From an uncultured Acidobacteriota bacterium (GTDB lineage: Bacteria > Acidobacteriota > Thermoanaerobaculia > UBA5066 > DATFVB01): a stretch of DNA of 64,000 bases. Shown here piece by piece: positions 1-12,229 of this stretch; position 1 is the first letter of the stretch, and every line of letters begins with the position of its first letter. The translations under genes were made by a program, and so were the position numbers. The notes below the pieces were generated by a model that ran no database searches, was not told the origin of the DNA, and worked only from the letters and a program-made list of their open reading frames with translations. The stretch is taken from positions 704,001 to 768,000 of the forward strand of contig CAWEYG010000001.1 of the NCBI GenBank assembly GCA_963813155.1, written 5' to 3'.

Positions 1-759
1 CGCGGGCGACGTCTCGGAAATCTCGTCCAGGAAGAGCGTCCCGCCGTCGGCCTCGGAAAACAGCCCCTTCTTGTCGCGGATCGCTCCGGTGAACGCGCCG
101 CGCTCGTGGCCAAACAGCTCCGACTCCAGGAGCATTTCCGGAAGCGCGCCGCAATTGACGGAAATGAATTTCTGGCCCTTGCGGACGGAGGAGAAATGGA
201 TCGCCCGCGCGATCAACTCCTTGCCCGTGCCGCTCTCCCCCGTGATGAGGACCGTCGAGGAGATCTTCTCGATCCGGGCGATCGACTGAAAGATCTCCCG
301 CATCCGCGAGCATTTTCCGATGACGTTCGCGAACGAATAGCGGTCCGCGAGCTCCTGCTTGAGATAGAGGTTCTCCGCCTCGAGGTCGCGGCGGGCGACG
401 GCCTTCTCGAGCTTGAGAGCGAGCTCGCCGAGATCGAACGGCTTTCCGATGTAGTCCGCTGCGCCGCGCCGCATCGCTTCGACGGCGTCTTCGTGCGACG
501 TGTGGGCGGTGATCATCAGCACCGGGGCCTTCGGCTGCGTCTCCCGAAACCTCGGAAGGAGGTCGATCCCCGAGCCGTCCGGCATCTTGATGTCGCACAG
601 GATCGCGTCGAACTCGTCGTGGCCGGCGGCCGCGGAGGCCTCTGCGAAAGACCCGGCGACCGTCGTCCGGTGCCCGAGCTTCTGGAAGAAGATCGTGAGC
701 ATCTCGCGGAGGCTCGCTTCGTCGTCGACGATCAGGATCTTGAGCTTCTGCGCGTTCAT
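1..759 (-). CDS. pilR: Sigma54-dependent response regulator (PilR/NtrC family), runs off the window edge
   Basis: Own translation: [21 protein letters not shown] (receiver domain), [19 protein letters not shown] (Walker A), [13 protein letters not shown] (GAFTGA loop). ATG at 759 overlaps the pilS stop; follows pilBTCS. Confidence 0.85.
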   Translation of the reverse strand, partial: MNAQKLKILIVDDEASLREMLTIFFQKLGHRTTVAGSFAEASAAAGHDEFDAILCDIKMPDGSGIDLLPRFRETQPKAPVLMITAHTSHEDAVEAMRRGAADYIGKPFDLGELALKLEKAVARRDLEAENLYLKQELADRYSFANVIGKCSRMREIFQSIARIEKISSTVLITGESGTGKELIARAIHFSSVRKGQKFISVNCGALPEMLLESELFGHERGAFTGAIRDKKGLFSEADGGTLFLDEISETSPA

Positions 760-2382
760 GCGGCCGACGACCCGGCTTCCGCGGCCCCGCGCGGCAGGCG
801 AATTTCGATTTCCGTCCCGTGCCCGACCTCCGTCTCGACGAAGATCTTGCCGCCGTGCTCGTCGACGAGCCGCCTCACGATCGCCATTCCGAGGCCGGTT
901 CCGCCCTCAAACGAGGCGGCGAACGGCTGGAAGAGCACTTCCTTTCTCTCGGGCGTCATCCCCCGCCCGGAGTCGCGAAAACGGATCGTGTACCAGTCCC
1001 CCTCGTCGCGGCCCGTCACGTCGAGGGTTCCGCCCCCGGGCATGGCGCACACCGCGTTCTTCGCGACGTTCCAGAAGATCTGCCGGATGTGGTCGGGGTC
1101 GCCGCACACGCGCGAATTGCCCGGTTCGATCTGGAGGCGAAGGCGGTGCTCGTCGGTGATTTCATGGCTGTTCGAGAAAGAGGTGCATCGCGTCGGTGAG
1201 CGTCGCCGCGAGGTCGAAGGACTCCTCGCGCTTCGGCCGCGGCCGCGCGTAGCGGAGAAAATCCTCCAGAATGGCCGACAGCCGGCGCGATTCGGACACG
1301 ATGATTTCGACGAGACGCCGCTCCGAAGAGCCGCTCCGCATCTCGTTGCCGAGCAGCTGGGCGGAGCCCGAGATCGAAGCGAGGGGATTCCGAATTTCGT
1401 GCGCGATGCCCGCCGCGAGCTGGCCAACGGCGGCGAGCTTTTCGCGCGAGCGCGCTTCGTCCTCGAGCTTTTTCATCTCCGTCAGGTCCTGAAAGAGGAG
1501 GAGCAATCCCGCGGTCCCCCTGAGGCGCCGGATCGAATAGCCGAGCGTGCGTTTCTCGGGCGCGCCGAGAACGACTTCGCCGCGGACGTTCTCGAGCGAC
1601 TCGATGCTCGCGAGCGTTTCGCGCCACGAGGCCGCGTCGAACAGCCCCACGTCCCAGATCGGCACGCCCGCGGATTCGAGCGCGCGGGTTTTCAGGATTT
1701 CCGCGCCGGCCCGGTTGAGGAACGTGAACCGGCCCTCGCGATCGATGGTGGCCACGCCCGAAGACATCGATTCGATCACGTCGCCGTGCAGAGCCCGAAT
1801 CCTCTCGAACTCGATCCGCCGCGCTGTGATTTCCTTCCCGGCGAGATGGAGCTTCTCCGCCATCAGCGACGTCAGGAGCGCGACGCCGTAGAAGGCGGCG
1901 ATGTTGAAGCACATGTTGAACAGGATCGTCGGGCCGCCCCAGTCGGGCCGCGAGGACAGCGGCGGCGGCGGGATGACGTCGTAAGCCGTCAACTCGACCA
2001 TCATGCCGTACAGGATCGACGCGATCGAAGCGATCAGAAGCGAGCCCGAGCGCAGAAGAAGGAAGGACGTCGCGGCGATCACGACGAGATAGAGGAAAGA
2101 GAAGACCGACTCCGCGCCTCCCGAGAAATAGACGAGGAGGGTCACGATCACGAGGTCGCCGCAAAGTTGGAAGTACGCCTCGGTCGCCGGTTGCACCGCC
2201 CGGCGAAGAAGCACGTAGCCGGTCGAAAGGAGCAACGCGAGGCCGGCGACGCCGATCAGGGACGAGAGCGGCAGGACCGCCCCCGCGGTCGCCTGCAGAA
2301 GGATCGAGGACAGGACGATCGCGCCGACGACGATCAGACGGATCGCCGTCAGGACACGGAGGGACCGGCGCAGGGACTCCAC
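756..2382 (-). pseudogene. pilS: PilS-like membrane sensor histidine kinase, split by an apparent 1-bp insertion near 1177-1179
   Basis: ORF 1162..2382 has TM helices, a PAS-like region and the H-box AHEIRNPL. The N/G boxes ([26 protein letters not shown]) are in the frame of ORF 756..1427. Removing one A from AAA at 1177-1179 fuses them (HLFSNSHEITDEH). Confidence 0.8.
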
Positions 2383-2388
2383 GGCCCC

Positions 2389-3591
2389 CTATCCGATCTT
2401 GGAGATCAGCGTGAACATCGGCAGGTACATCGCGATCACGATGCCGCCGATGACAACGCCCAGAATCGCGATCATGACCGGCTCCATGAGCTTGATCAGG
2501 CCCGCGACCGCGGCATCGACCTCGTCTTCGAAAAATTCGGCGATCTTGTTCAGCATCGTGTCGATCGCGCCCGTCTGCTCGCCGACCGAGATCATCTGAA
2601 CGACCATGTTGGGAAAGACCTTCGAGTCGCGCAACGGCTCGGCAATCGTCTTGCCCTGTTCGACGCTCTTTCGGGTCGCCAGGATCGCGTCCTCGATGAT
2701 CGCGTTGCCGGCCGTCTTTGCGGTGATCTCGAGCGAGTCGAGAATGGGAACGCCGGACGCCGTGAGCGTCGCGAGTGTTCGGCAGAATCGCGCGACCGAG
2801 ATCTTCCGGAGGATCTCGCCGAAGATGGGCAGCGAAAGGAGGATCCGGTCGATCGTGTGGCGGCCGTTGTCCGTCCTGTAGTACGCGCGCACGGCGTAGA
2901 TGAGGGCGCCGATGAAGACCAGCACAAAAATGAAGTACCGCGCGAGAAAATTCGACGCCGCGATAACGACGCGCGTCGGCATCGGCAGCTGCGCGCCCAA
3001 CCCGGCAAAGAGGGCGGCAAAGGTCGGAATGACCTTGAGCAGGATGACCGCGACGACGCCCGCGGCGATTGTGATGACCGCGATCGGGTAGATCATCGCC
3101 GATTGCACCTGGCTCTTGAGTTTCACCGCTTTTTCGATGTAGGTCGAGAGCCGCTGGAGGATCGTGTCGAGAATACCGCCCGACTCGCCGGCGGCAACCA
3201 TGTTGACGTAGAGCGAGTCGAAGGCGCGAGGGTGCTTGCGCATCGCATCGGCGAGCGAGGAACCCGCCTCGACGTCCTGCCGCACCTGGTAGAGGATTCG
3301 CTGAAAGGACTTGTGGTCCTGCTGGACGGCGAGGATCTCGAGACACTGAACGAGAGGAAGGCCTGCGTCGATCATCACGGAGAACTGGCGCGTGAAGATC
3401 GCGACCTTCTTCGACGGGACCTTCCGGCCGGCTCGGGGCAGCGCGGCTTCCTTTCCCTTCTCGCGAAGGCCGCTGACGACGATGCCCTGGCGGGAGAGGT
3501 TCGCGAACGCGAGATCCTTCGAGTCCGCCACGAGAACGCCTTCCTGCACCACCCCTCCGCGGTCGCGGCCCTTCCAGACGAAACTCGCCAT
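2389..3591 (-). CDS. pilC: Type IV pilus platform protein (PilC/GspF family)
   Basis: FTRQFSVMIDAGLPL, AGESGGILD, VGEQTG, MYLPMF motifs; lies between pilT and pilS. Confidence 0.93.
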   Translation of the reverse strand: MASFVWKGRDRGGVVQEGVLVADSKDLAFANLSRQGIVVSGLREKGKEAALPRAGRKVPSKKVAIFTRQFSVMIDAGLPLVQCLEILAVQQDHKSFQRILYQVRQDVEAGSSLADAMRKHPRAFDSLYVNMVAAGESGGILDTILQRLSTYIEKAVKLKSQVQSAMIYPIAVITIAAGVVAVILLKVIPTFAALFAGLGAQLPMPTRVVIAASNFLARYFIFVLVFIGALIYAVRAYYRTDNGRHTIDRILLSLPIFGEILRKISVARFCRTLATLTASGVPILDSLEITAKTAGNAIIEDAILATRKSVEQGKTIAEPLRDSKVFPNMVVQMISVGEQTGAIDTMLNKIAEFFEDEVDAAVAGLIKLMEPVMIAILGVVIGGIVIAMYLPMFTLISKIG

Positions 3592-3603
3592 TCCTGCCTC
3601 CCC

Positions 3604-4728
3604 CTATGCCCGGCGCTCGCGCCCGGTCGTGGCGGCCGCCGCCGTGTTCACGCCGGAACCGCGATTGATCAGCTCCTGGAGCTCGTCGGCGTGGGAGGAG
3701 CGGTTCATGGCCGCGTCGAGGGTGATCATCCTCTTGTGGTACAGCGTCGCGAGCGACTGATTGAAGGTCTGCATCCCGTGCTTGATCTGGCCGGTCTGCA
3801 TCATCGAGTAGATCTGGTGGATCTTGTCCTCGCGAATCAGATTGCGGATGGCGGGGTTCGGGATCAGGATTTCCATCGCCATCACCCGGCCTTTGCCGCC
3901 GGCTTTCTCGAGCAGGGCCTGGCAGAGGATTCCCTCCAGAACGAACGACAGCTGAGTCCGGATCTGCGCCTGCTGGTGGGCCGGAAACGCGTCGATGATC
4001 CGGTTGAGCGACTGCGCCGCCGAGTTCGTGTGAAGCGTCGCGAGCGTGAGGTGGCCGGTTTCCGCGATTCGAAGAGCAGCCTCCATCGTGTCGAGATCGC
4101 GCATTTCGCCGATCAGAACGACGTCCGGGTCTTCGCGAAGCACGGCGCGCAGGGCATTGGGAAAAGAATGCGTGTCGGCATGCAGCTCCCGCTGATTGAC
4201 GACGGCCTTCTTGTGGGAATGCAGGAACTCGATCGGGTCTTCGATCGTGACGATATGGAGAGGCTTCTCGCGGTTGATCTTGTCGAGCATGGCGGCCTGT
4301 GTCGTCGTCTTGCCCGACCCGGTCGGCCCCGTGACCAGGATGAGCCCCCGCGGCTTGTCGCACAGCGTCTCGACGATCGGAGGGAGACTCAACTGCTGGA
4401 ACGTGAGGATCTCGTAAGGGATCTGCCGGTAGACACCCGCGACGGCGCCTCTCTGAAAGAAGTTGTTCGCGCGAAACCTCGCGACCCCCTTCACGCCGAA
4501 CGAAAAATCGAGCTCGAGGGTTTCTTCCAGGCGGTGCTTCTGGGCGTCGGTCAGCACCGAATAGGCGATCTGCTTCGTGTCGGGCACCGACAGGGGCGGA
4601 TACGGCAGAGGCGCCAGCTTCCCGTCGAGGCGCACCATGGGAGGGGAATTCGTCGTCACGTGGAGATCGGAGGCTCCCATTTCCACCATCTGTTTGAGCA
4701 GCTGGTGAAGCGAAATCGTTGTCGCCAT
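3604..4728 (-). CDS. pilT: Type IV pilus retraction ATPase
   Basis: GPTGSGKTT Walker A, TIEDPIE, LREDPDVVLIGEMRD, TLHTN and the PilT AIRNLIRE motif. Confidence 0.95.
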   Translation of the reverse strand: MATTISLHQLLKQMVEMGASDLHVTTNSPPMVRLDGKLAPLPYPPLSVPDTKQIAYSVLTDAQKHRLEETLELDFSFGVKGVARFRANNFFQRGAVAGVYRQIPYEILTFQQLSLPPIVETLCDKPRGLILVTGPTGSGKTTTQAAMLDKINREKPLHIVTIEDPIEFLHSHKKAVVNQRELHADTHSFPNALRAVLREDPDVVLIGEMRDLDTMEAALRIAETGHLTLATLHTNSAAQSLNRIIDAFPAHQQAQIRTQLSFVLEGILCQALLEKAGGKGRVMAMEILIPNPAIRNLIREDKIHQIYSMMQTGQIKHGMQTFNQSLATLYHKRMITLDAAMNRSSHADELQELINRGSGVNTAAAATTGRERRA

Positions 4729-4800
4729 TGAAACAAACTCCCTCGAAACAGTCTAGACCCGGAATCGCGAGAAATCAAATCACCGGGTGGCCCGTATCCC

Positions 4801-6678
<1,878 letters not shown>

Positions 6679-6721
6679 CGTTGTCGTCCTCGCTTCATGC
6701 TAAGCGGGGCGCGCCGCGGAG

Positions 6722-7495
6722 TCAACGACCGGGCGCCGCGGAAACGCCCGGGCCGCCTCCCCCGACGAGGCGGGCCGTGAGGGTCCCGAAGTTGAGCTTC
6801 GACCGGATGACGACGGGAGTGTGCCGGGAATCGTCCGCGAGCCAGAGCCAGAGGTCCCCGCCCTTCTTGAGCAGTCCCTCGCCCTTCATCTTGGGATGCA
6901 CCTTCTGGGCGCGAAACGTTCCCGCGGGAGTCTTGACGTATTCCTTCCCGAGCACGTCGACGACGAGGCCGTAGGCGTGCTTTCCCGAGACGACCTGGAT
7001 TTCGATCGGTTCGCCCGAAGTGAGCGTCCGGTTTCTCAGGTAGAACACCGCGGAAAGGGAATCGAAAATCGGCGGCTCGAACCGGATCGCCTTGCCTTCG
7101 CGCCAGGCCGTTTTCTTCGCCCCATCGAAGTCGATCTGCTCGTCCTCGACGCGGCTTCCTTCGACCGTGTGCTTCTCGAACCGGAGGGATTGAAGGCTGT
7201 CCGCGTCGACCCAGGAAGTGATGGAATCGCGCACGACGAAGAATTTCGAGATGAAATCGTTGGACACCGCCGACAGCTCGATCTTGTACGCCGGGCGCTC
7301 CTGAAAGACGATTCGATCGGAAGTCGAGATCGTCATCACCCCGCCGGCGAAAATGCCCCAGCTCATCGCGTACCGGAGCGTCTCGCCGGCGAACGCCGGC
7401 TCCGGGCTCGCCTCCGAGGCGAGCCCCCGGGAAAGGAAGGGGGCAACGAGGAACGCCGCCGCGGCGAACAGGCCCGGGATGGCGCCCGGCTTCAC
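6722..7495 (-). CDS. Exported DUF3108-like protein
   Basis: GTG at 7495 overlaps the waaC stop; hydrophobic signal-like N-terminus; GETLRY, DSLSAVFYLR, VKTPAGTF and WLADD..P patterns typical of DUF3108. Confidence 0.65.
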   Translation of the reverse strand: MKPGAIPGLFAAAAFLVAPFLSRGLASEASPEPAFAGETLRYAMSWGIFAGGVMTISTSDRIVFQERPAYKIELSAVSNDFISKFFVVRDSITSWVDADSLQSLRFEKHTVEGSRVEDEQIDFDGAKKTAWREGKAIRFEPPIFDSLSAVFYLRNRTLTSGEPIEIQVVSGKHAYGLVVDVLGKEYVKTPAGTFRAQKVHPKMKGEGLLKKGGDLWLWLADDSRHTPVVIRSKLNFGTLTARLVGGGGPGVSAAPGR

Positions 7496-8505
7496 GTCGC
7501 GAGCTCCCGTCGGCCGAGCGCGGAGAGAACGGCCGACGGAGAAATCTCGCGCAGGCAGGGTTTCGTCTCGGAATAACGCGCGTTGCAGGGCGAGCAGGAG
7601 AGCCCGGCGTAGAAGACCGGACCGTTCTTTCGAAACGGCCCCGTTCTCGAGGGATCCGTGGGCCCGTAGAGTCCGACCGTTCGAACTCCGAGCGCGTCCG
7701 CCAGGTGAAGCGGCCCGGTATCGCCGGCCGCGAAAAACGACGCACCCGAAACGATCTTCGCCAGGCCGGGAAAATCGACGGCCGGGATTCGGAGCGCGCC
7801 CGCCCTCCGGGCGAGATCTTCCGCGCGACCCTCGTCTCCCGGACCCCACGAAACGACCGGGTGAACGCCGAGCTCGCGCCGGACCGCCGAGGCGAGCTCG
7901 GAAAACCGATCCTCGCCCCACGCCTTGTTTGCCCAGCCAGCCCCCGGGTGAAACAGCGCGAACGGACGAGGCGCCGCCGAAAGGAAGGTTTCCGCCGCCT
8001 CGTCGCGAATGCGAAGAAGATATCGGGCATCGGGCGCCGCGGAGGAGGCCGGGATCCGGATCGCTTCCAGCAGCGAGACGGCCTTTTCGCTCACGTGCCG
8101 CGCGGACGCGGCCGGTTCGACGCGGAGAGCGGAAAATCGGCGCGTCCAGTTGCGCCGGAACCGCGTGTCGTCGAGCACGACGCGGGGAGCGCCGGCGAGT
8201 CGCGAAACCCAGAACGACTTCTCGTTACCCTGCGGATCGAGGATCACGTCCGGCGCGAAGGCCCGCAGGGAAGAGCGAAGCGCCCCGAGCTCCCGCATTC
8301 CGTCGGGCAAGAAAAGACGCCGACGGATTTTTCGCGAATCGGCGACAATCAGCTCCGCGATGTCGGGATTGCCCCGGAGCAGCGACGCGAAGGGCCGCTC
8401 GACGACCCAGGCGACGCGGTGCCCCGCCCGCGCCGCGCCCGCGGCGAGCGGAAGCGCGTGAAGGATGTCTCCCATCGACGACAGGCGGACGATGAGGACG
8501 TTCAA
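7492..8505 (-). CDS. waaC: LPS heptosyltransferase I (GT9)
   Basis: [37 protein letters not shown] motifs; in the heptose cluster. Confidence 0.8.
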   Translation of the reverse strand: MNVLIVRLSSMGDILHALPLAAGAARAGHRVAWVVERPFASLLRGNPDIAELIVADSRKIRRRLFLPDGMRELGALRSSLRAFAPDVILDPQGNEKSFWVSRLAGAPRVVLDDTRFRRNWTRRFSALRVEPAASARHVSEKAVSLLEAIRIPASSAAPDARYLLRIRDEAAETFLSAAPRPFALFHPGAGWANKAWGEDRFSELASAVRRELGVHPVVSWGPGDEGRAEDLARRAGALRIPAVDFPGLAKIVSGASFFAAGDTGPLHLADALGVRTVGLYGPTDPSRTGPFRKNGPVFYAGLSCSPCNARYSETKPCLREISPSAVLSALGRRELAT

Positions 8506-8996
8506 GGAAGGGCCTTCACGCGGGAAATCAAATCGGTCGTCGCGTGGTCTTTCGGGTCACCGACGATCCGAACTTCGCCCCCGTACGACTCCACGACGCT
8601 CTTCTCCGGCACCGTGTCGCGCGTGTAATCCGTCCCTTTCGCGTGAACCTCGGGCCGGATCTCGAGGATGAGGTCCGCGGGCGAAGCCTCCGGGAACACG
8701 ACGACCGCGTCCACGCAGGCCATCGCGGCGACGATTTCAGCCCTCTCCCCTTCCGGCAGGATCGGGCGGGCGCTTCCCTTCGAGAGCCGGACGGAGGAGT
8801 CGGAATTCACCCCGACGACGAGGAAATCGCCCTCCCGCCGGGCCGCCTGGAGGTACCGCACGTGTCCGACGTGGAGAAGATCGAAGGCGCCGTTCGCGAA
8901 CACGATCCTCCGGCCCGAGCTCCGCACGCCATCGGCCTCCTTCCCGGCCCGCTCGCGGCTCCACAGCTTCGCCCTCGAACCTCCGGAATCGGCCAT
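8502..8996 (-). CDS. rfaE2: D-glycero-beta-D-manno-heptose 1-phosphate adenylyltransferase (HldE domain II)
   Basis: [18 protein letters not shown] (HxGH), [13 protein letters not shown]; ATG at 8996. Confidence 0.85.
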   Translation of the reverse strand: MADSGGSRAKLWSRERAGKEADGVRSSGRRIVFANGAFDLLHVGHVRYLQAARREGDFLVVGVNSDSSVRLSKGSARPILPEGERAEIVAAMACVDAVVVFPEASPADLILEIRPEVHAKGTDYTRDTVPEKSVVESYGGEVRIVGDPKDHATTDLISRVKALP

Positions 8997-9019
8997 TTCC
9001 GAAGGATAACGGATAACCG

Positions 9020-10045
9020 TCAGCGATCGCCGAGAATCGAGCGATCTTGATCGATCGCGGCCTGCAGCTCCCGGGGGGACACCGTCGCCGTTCCCATCTT
9101 CATCACGACGAGCCCTCCGGCGAAGTTCGAGAGCAGCGCCGCCTCGGGATAAGAAGCTCCCGCGGCGCGGGCCAGAGCGAACGTCGCGATGACCGTGTCC
9201 CCCGCCCCGGTGACGTCGGCGACCTGGTCGGTCCCGAACACCGGAAGCGAAAGCGTCGGAGCGTCGGGCTCGAAAAGCGCCATTCCTTTGCTTCCGCGCG
9301 TGACGAGAAGGGCCGGAACGGCGAGCTTGCCGAGCACCGTCCGCGCGGCGCGCTCGAACGTCCCCTCGTCGTCGTCGATCGGCCCCGCCCAGGCCCGCTC
9401 GAGCTCTTCTTCGTTCGGGGTCGCGGCGTCGGCGCCCGCGTATTCGAGAAGCCGATAGCGCGAATCGACGAGAACCGAAAGGCCCTGCCGGGCGCTTCGG
9501 CCGGCCGCAATCCAGTCCGGCCGGCTGTTGCCGTAGCCGTAGTCGCACAGGACGAGGACCGGCGACGCCGCGGCGGCCCGGCCAACCCTTTCGGCGAGCG
9601 CGCGAAAGATCGGCTCGCCCGGAGGCAGCGGTCCTTCGCGGTCGATCCGGACGACTTGCTGCTTGATCGAGTGCGCGCTGCCGCCGAGGATCCGGGTCTT
9701 CGTCGGAGTGGGATAGCCGTCGACTCGAAGCAGCAGCGACGTGTCGACGCCGGCCGTCTCGAAAAGGCGAACGAGGATGTCCCCCTCCGGGTCGTTGCCG
9801 ACGGCGCCGGCCGGCAGCGGAGTTCCGCCGAGGGAAGCGATGTTGGCGACGGTGTTTGCGCCGCCGCCGAGGACGTTTTCCTCCCGCGTGTACCGGAGGA
9901 TGAGCACCGGCGCCTCGCGCGAAATCCGCTTCGGAAGCCCGAGGACGAACCGGTCGAGCACGAAGTCGCCCGCGACCGCGACCCGGGTCCCCGCGAAGCG
10001 ATCCACGAGCTCGCGGAGCCGGGTTCGGATGGGCGGTGAGCTCAC
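9020..10045 (-). CDS. rfaE1: D-glycero-beta-D-manno-heptose-7-phosphate kinase (HldE domain I, PfkB family)
   Basis: [37 protein letters not shown]. Confidence 0.88.
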   Translation of the reverse strand: MSSPPIRTRLRELVDRFAGTRVAVAGDFVLDRFVLGLPKRISREAPVLILRYTREENVLGGGANTVANIASLGGTPLPAGAVGNDPEGDILVRLFETAGVDTSLLLRVDGYPTPTKTRILGGSAHSIKQQVVRIDREGPLPPGEPIFRALAERVGRAAAASPVLVLCDYGYGNSRPDWIAAGRSARQGLSVLVDSRYRLLEYAGADAATPNEEELERAWAGPIDDDEGTFERAARTVLGKLAVPALLVTRGSKGMALFEPDAPTLSLPVFGTDQVADVTGAGDTVIATFALARAAGASYPEAALLSNFAGGLVVMKMGTATVSPRELQAAIDQDRSILGDR

Positions 10046-10098
10046 CGGCGGATCTTATCAATTCGAGATCGAACGCCCTGCTGTTAGAATGGGCCGGC
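10046..10098. promoter_or_regulatory. Compact bidirectional promoter region driving apparently leaderless rfaE1 and HNH genes
   Basis: Minus strand TAAGAT (10052-10057) is 6 nt before GTG 10045. Plus strand extended -10 TGtTAGAAT (10082-10090) is 8 nt before ATG 10099. No SD on either side. Confidence 0.6.
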
Positions 10099-10683
10099 AT
10101 GCTCGATTCGGAGGTCCTGGTCCTCAATCGGGTCTTTCAGGCCCTGCGCGTGACGAGCGCGCGACACGCCCTGTCGCTGTTTTACAAGGGGCACGCCAAG
10201 GCCGTCCTGCCCGACTATTCGACGTACGAGTGGGACAACTGGTGCGACATTCCGGCCCAGCCGAAAGACGACGTCGTCCTCACGCCGTCGCGGGCGATTC
10301 TCGTGCCCCGCGTCATCCTCCTGAAGAACTACGACCGGCTGCCGCGGCGAGAAGTGAAATTCTCCCGCCACAACATCTATCTTCGCGACGAAAACCGCTG
10401 CCAGTACTGCGGCGCGAAATTCACCTCCTCCGAGCTGTCGCTCGACCACGTCCTGCCGCTGTCGCGCGGAGGGGTCTCGTCCTGGGAAAACATCGTTTGC
10501 GCCTGCCTTTCCTGCAACGTGAAGAAAGGCAATCGAACCCCGACGGAGGCCGGCCTGAAACTCATCGCGACTCCGCAGCGCCCGCGCTGGAACCCGGTCG
10601 GCCAGTTCACGCGCTCCCGCTGGCACGCATCCTGGAAGAACTTTCTCGACGTGGCGTACTGGAACGTCGAGCTGAGCGACTGA
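10099..10683 (+). CDS. HNH endonuclease (McrA-like)
   Basis: VLVLN start, [41 protein letters not shown]. Confidence 0.88.
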   Translation: MLDSEVLVLNRVFQALRVTSARHALSLFYKGHAKAVLPDYSTYEWDNWCDIPAQPKDDVVLTPSRAILVPRVILLKNYDRLPRREVKFSRHNIYLRDENRCQYCGAKFTSSELSLDHVLPLSRGGVSSWENIVCACLSCNVKKGNRTPTEAGLKLIATPQRPRWNPVGQFTRSRWHASWKNFLDVAYWNVELSD

Positions 10684-10729
10684 GCTTCCCGAGGCCGGCA
10701 AAAACGACCATTTCGTGCACTGAATCCAC

Positions 10730-10742
10730 CAAATTGTTGATT
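10730..10742 (-). promoter_or_regulatory. IHF-like binding site
   Basis: Reverse complement AATCAACAATTTG matches WATCAANNNNTTR; sits in an AT-rich intergenic region. Confidence 0.45.
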
Positions 10743-10921
10743 TCTGCTCTCCTGCCTGTGCTCCGGGGAAGTGGCGAATTCATGTTAAACAGCACAAAAA
10801 ACAAGACTTAGATCCAGAAGACGGGTTTCGGGACTCTTGGCTCGAAGTTTTCAATGCATGAGGGCGAGGTCAATACTGTCTCCCACCTCATTAACCCAAC
10901 GGGAGACCCAGGAGGTTTACC

Positions 10922-11170
10922 TTGAAGAAACTCATTGCTCTCGCCGCCGCCGGAATCCTCAGCCTCTCGATCGCTGCCTTCGCCGATGAAGCTGCGAAGA
11001 CCGACGCGAAGTCCACCGAGACGACGTCGACCGAGATGAAGAAGGACGACGGCTCCATGAAGAAGACCACGAAGAAGCACACCATGAAGAAGAAGTCCTC
11101 CAAGAAGGGCTCTTCCAAGACCGAAGAGACCAAGTCCACCACGTCGGAAACCCCCGCGAAAACCAACTGA
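10922..11170 (+). CDS. Small secreted Lys/Thr/Ser-rich low-complexity protein
   Basis: AGGAGG SD, TTG start, signal peptide ending AFA, repeated (T/S)MKK; followed by a terminator. Confidence 0.8.
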   Translation: MKKLIALAAAGILSLSIAAFADEAAKTDAKSTETTSTEMKKDDGSMKKTTKKHTMKKKSSKKGSSKTEETKSTTSETPAKTN

Positions 11171-11199
11171 TCCGTTCCGGCAAACGGTGAGTGCTTCTG

Positions 11200-11226
11200 G
11201 GGCCCCGATTTCGGGGCCCTTTTTTT
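11200..11226 (+). terminator. Rho-independent terminator
   Basis: GGGCCCCG-ATTT-CGGGGCCC hairpin followed by T7. Confidence 0.85.
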
Positions 11227-11244
11227 GTCTGTTTCGCTCCAAAA

Positions 11245-12229
11245 CTAGAGAAGCTGCCGGACGGCGGCGAGAGCCGCTTCGACCGTGATCTCCTCCATGC
11301 ACTCGTGCCGGTACGGGCAGACCTTGAGGTAGCAGGGAGAACAGAAAACGTAGCGGTCGAGCACTCGAACCCGGGCCCCCTGGGGGGCCGTGCGTCCGGG
11401 GTCGGTCGGACCGAAGAAGACGAGCGCGGGCGTTCCGACCGCGGCCGCCAGGTGCGCGGGCCCGGAGTCGTTTCCGACGAGCAGGCGGCCCGCCGCGAGA
11501 AGGCCGGCGAGCTGCGCGGTGTCGAGATCCGATCCCATCACGGGAATCCGGTGCCGGGCGCGGCGGGCGATGAGCCGGCCCAGCTCGACCTCGTCGGGTC
11601 CCACCGTCAGCGCGACCTTGTTTCCCTCGTCCATCAGCGCGTCGGCCAGCAGCGCGAAACGCTCCGCCGGCCATCGCTTCGTGTCTCCAAAAGCGGCGCC
11701 CGGCGACAGGAAGATCGGGCGGGCGTCCTCCGTCAGCCGGTACGATTCGAGGGAATCCGCCGCCTGTCGGGCGGCTTCGGGAGAGACCTCGAGCCGCGGC
11801 GGATCCGTGTCGGGCACGATCCCCGCCTCGCGCGAGAAGCCGGTCGTAATCGCGGACCTGGTGGCTCGTCGCGGGGGGTTTTTGCGGCGAGCTCGTGAGG
11901 AGAAGACGCCGCCGGTCGGTCGCGTACCCGAATCGCTTCGGGGCGCCCGCGAGAAAAGCGAAAAGCGCGGAACGAAACGAATTCGGAAGGACCCAGATCT
12001 CTTCGCTCCGCAGGCGCCTCGCCCGCCGGACGTCCCGGAGGAACGCGGTTCCTCCGCGGGACGCGACGAGCACGTCGGCAAGCCCCGTCATCTTCCAGAC
12101 GGGAGCCGCCGAGGCGCGGGCGAACACCGCGAGGCTCCCCGCCGGATCGCTGCGCTTCAGCGCCCGAAGGAACGGAATCGCCATGACGCAGTCTCCGACC
12201 CAGTTCGGGGCGACGACGAGCCGCCTCAC
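11245..12229 (-). pseudogene. waaF: LPS heptosyltransferase II (GT9), split by a frameshift near 11829-11834
   Basis: N-half VRRLVVAPNWVGDCVMA...LPNSFRSA in one frame; C-half SPGAAFGDTKRW, GNDSGPAHLAAA, CSPC..C in another. The junction lies in a (CG)3 run. Confidence 0.78.

Noticed and set aside
106-4731. 1541-aa + strand ORF and many other long Arg/Pro-rich ORFs (e.g. 1016..4363, 22278..25010, 31472..33943)
   Set aside because: Antisense or off-frame shadows of well-supported genes in high-GC DNA; no recognisable motifs.
8502-10127. Fused bifunctional HldE suggested by the 541-aa ORF
   Set aside because: The upstream part of that ORF is out of frame with the kinase. The kinase (9020-10045) and adenylyltransferase (8502-8996) are separate intact genes.
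10099-10683. HNH gene as a mobile element or restriction system
   Set aside because: No flanking repeats, intron context or methyltransferase; it resembles the common stand-alone HNH family.
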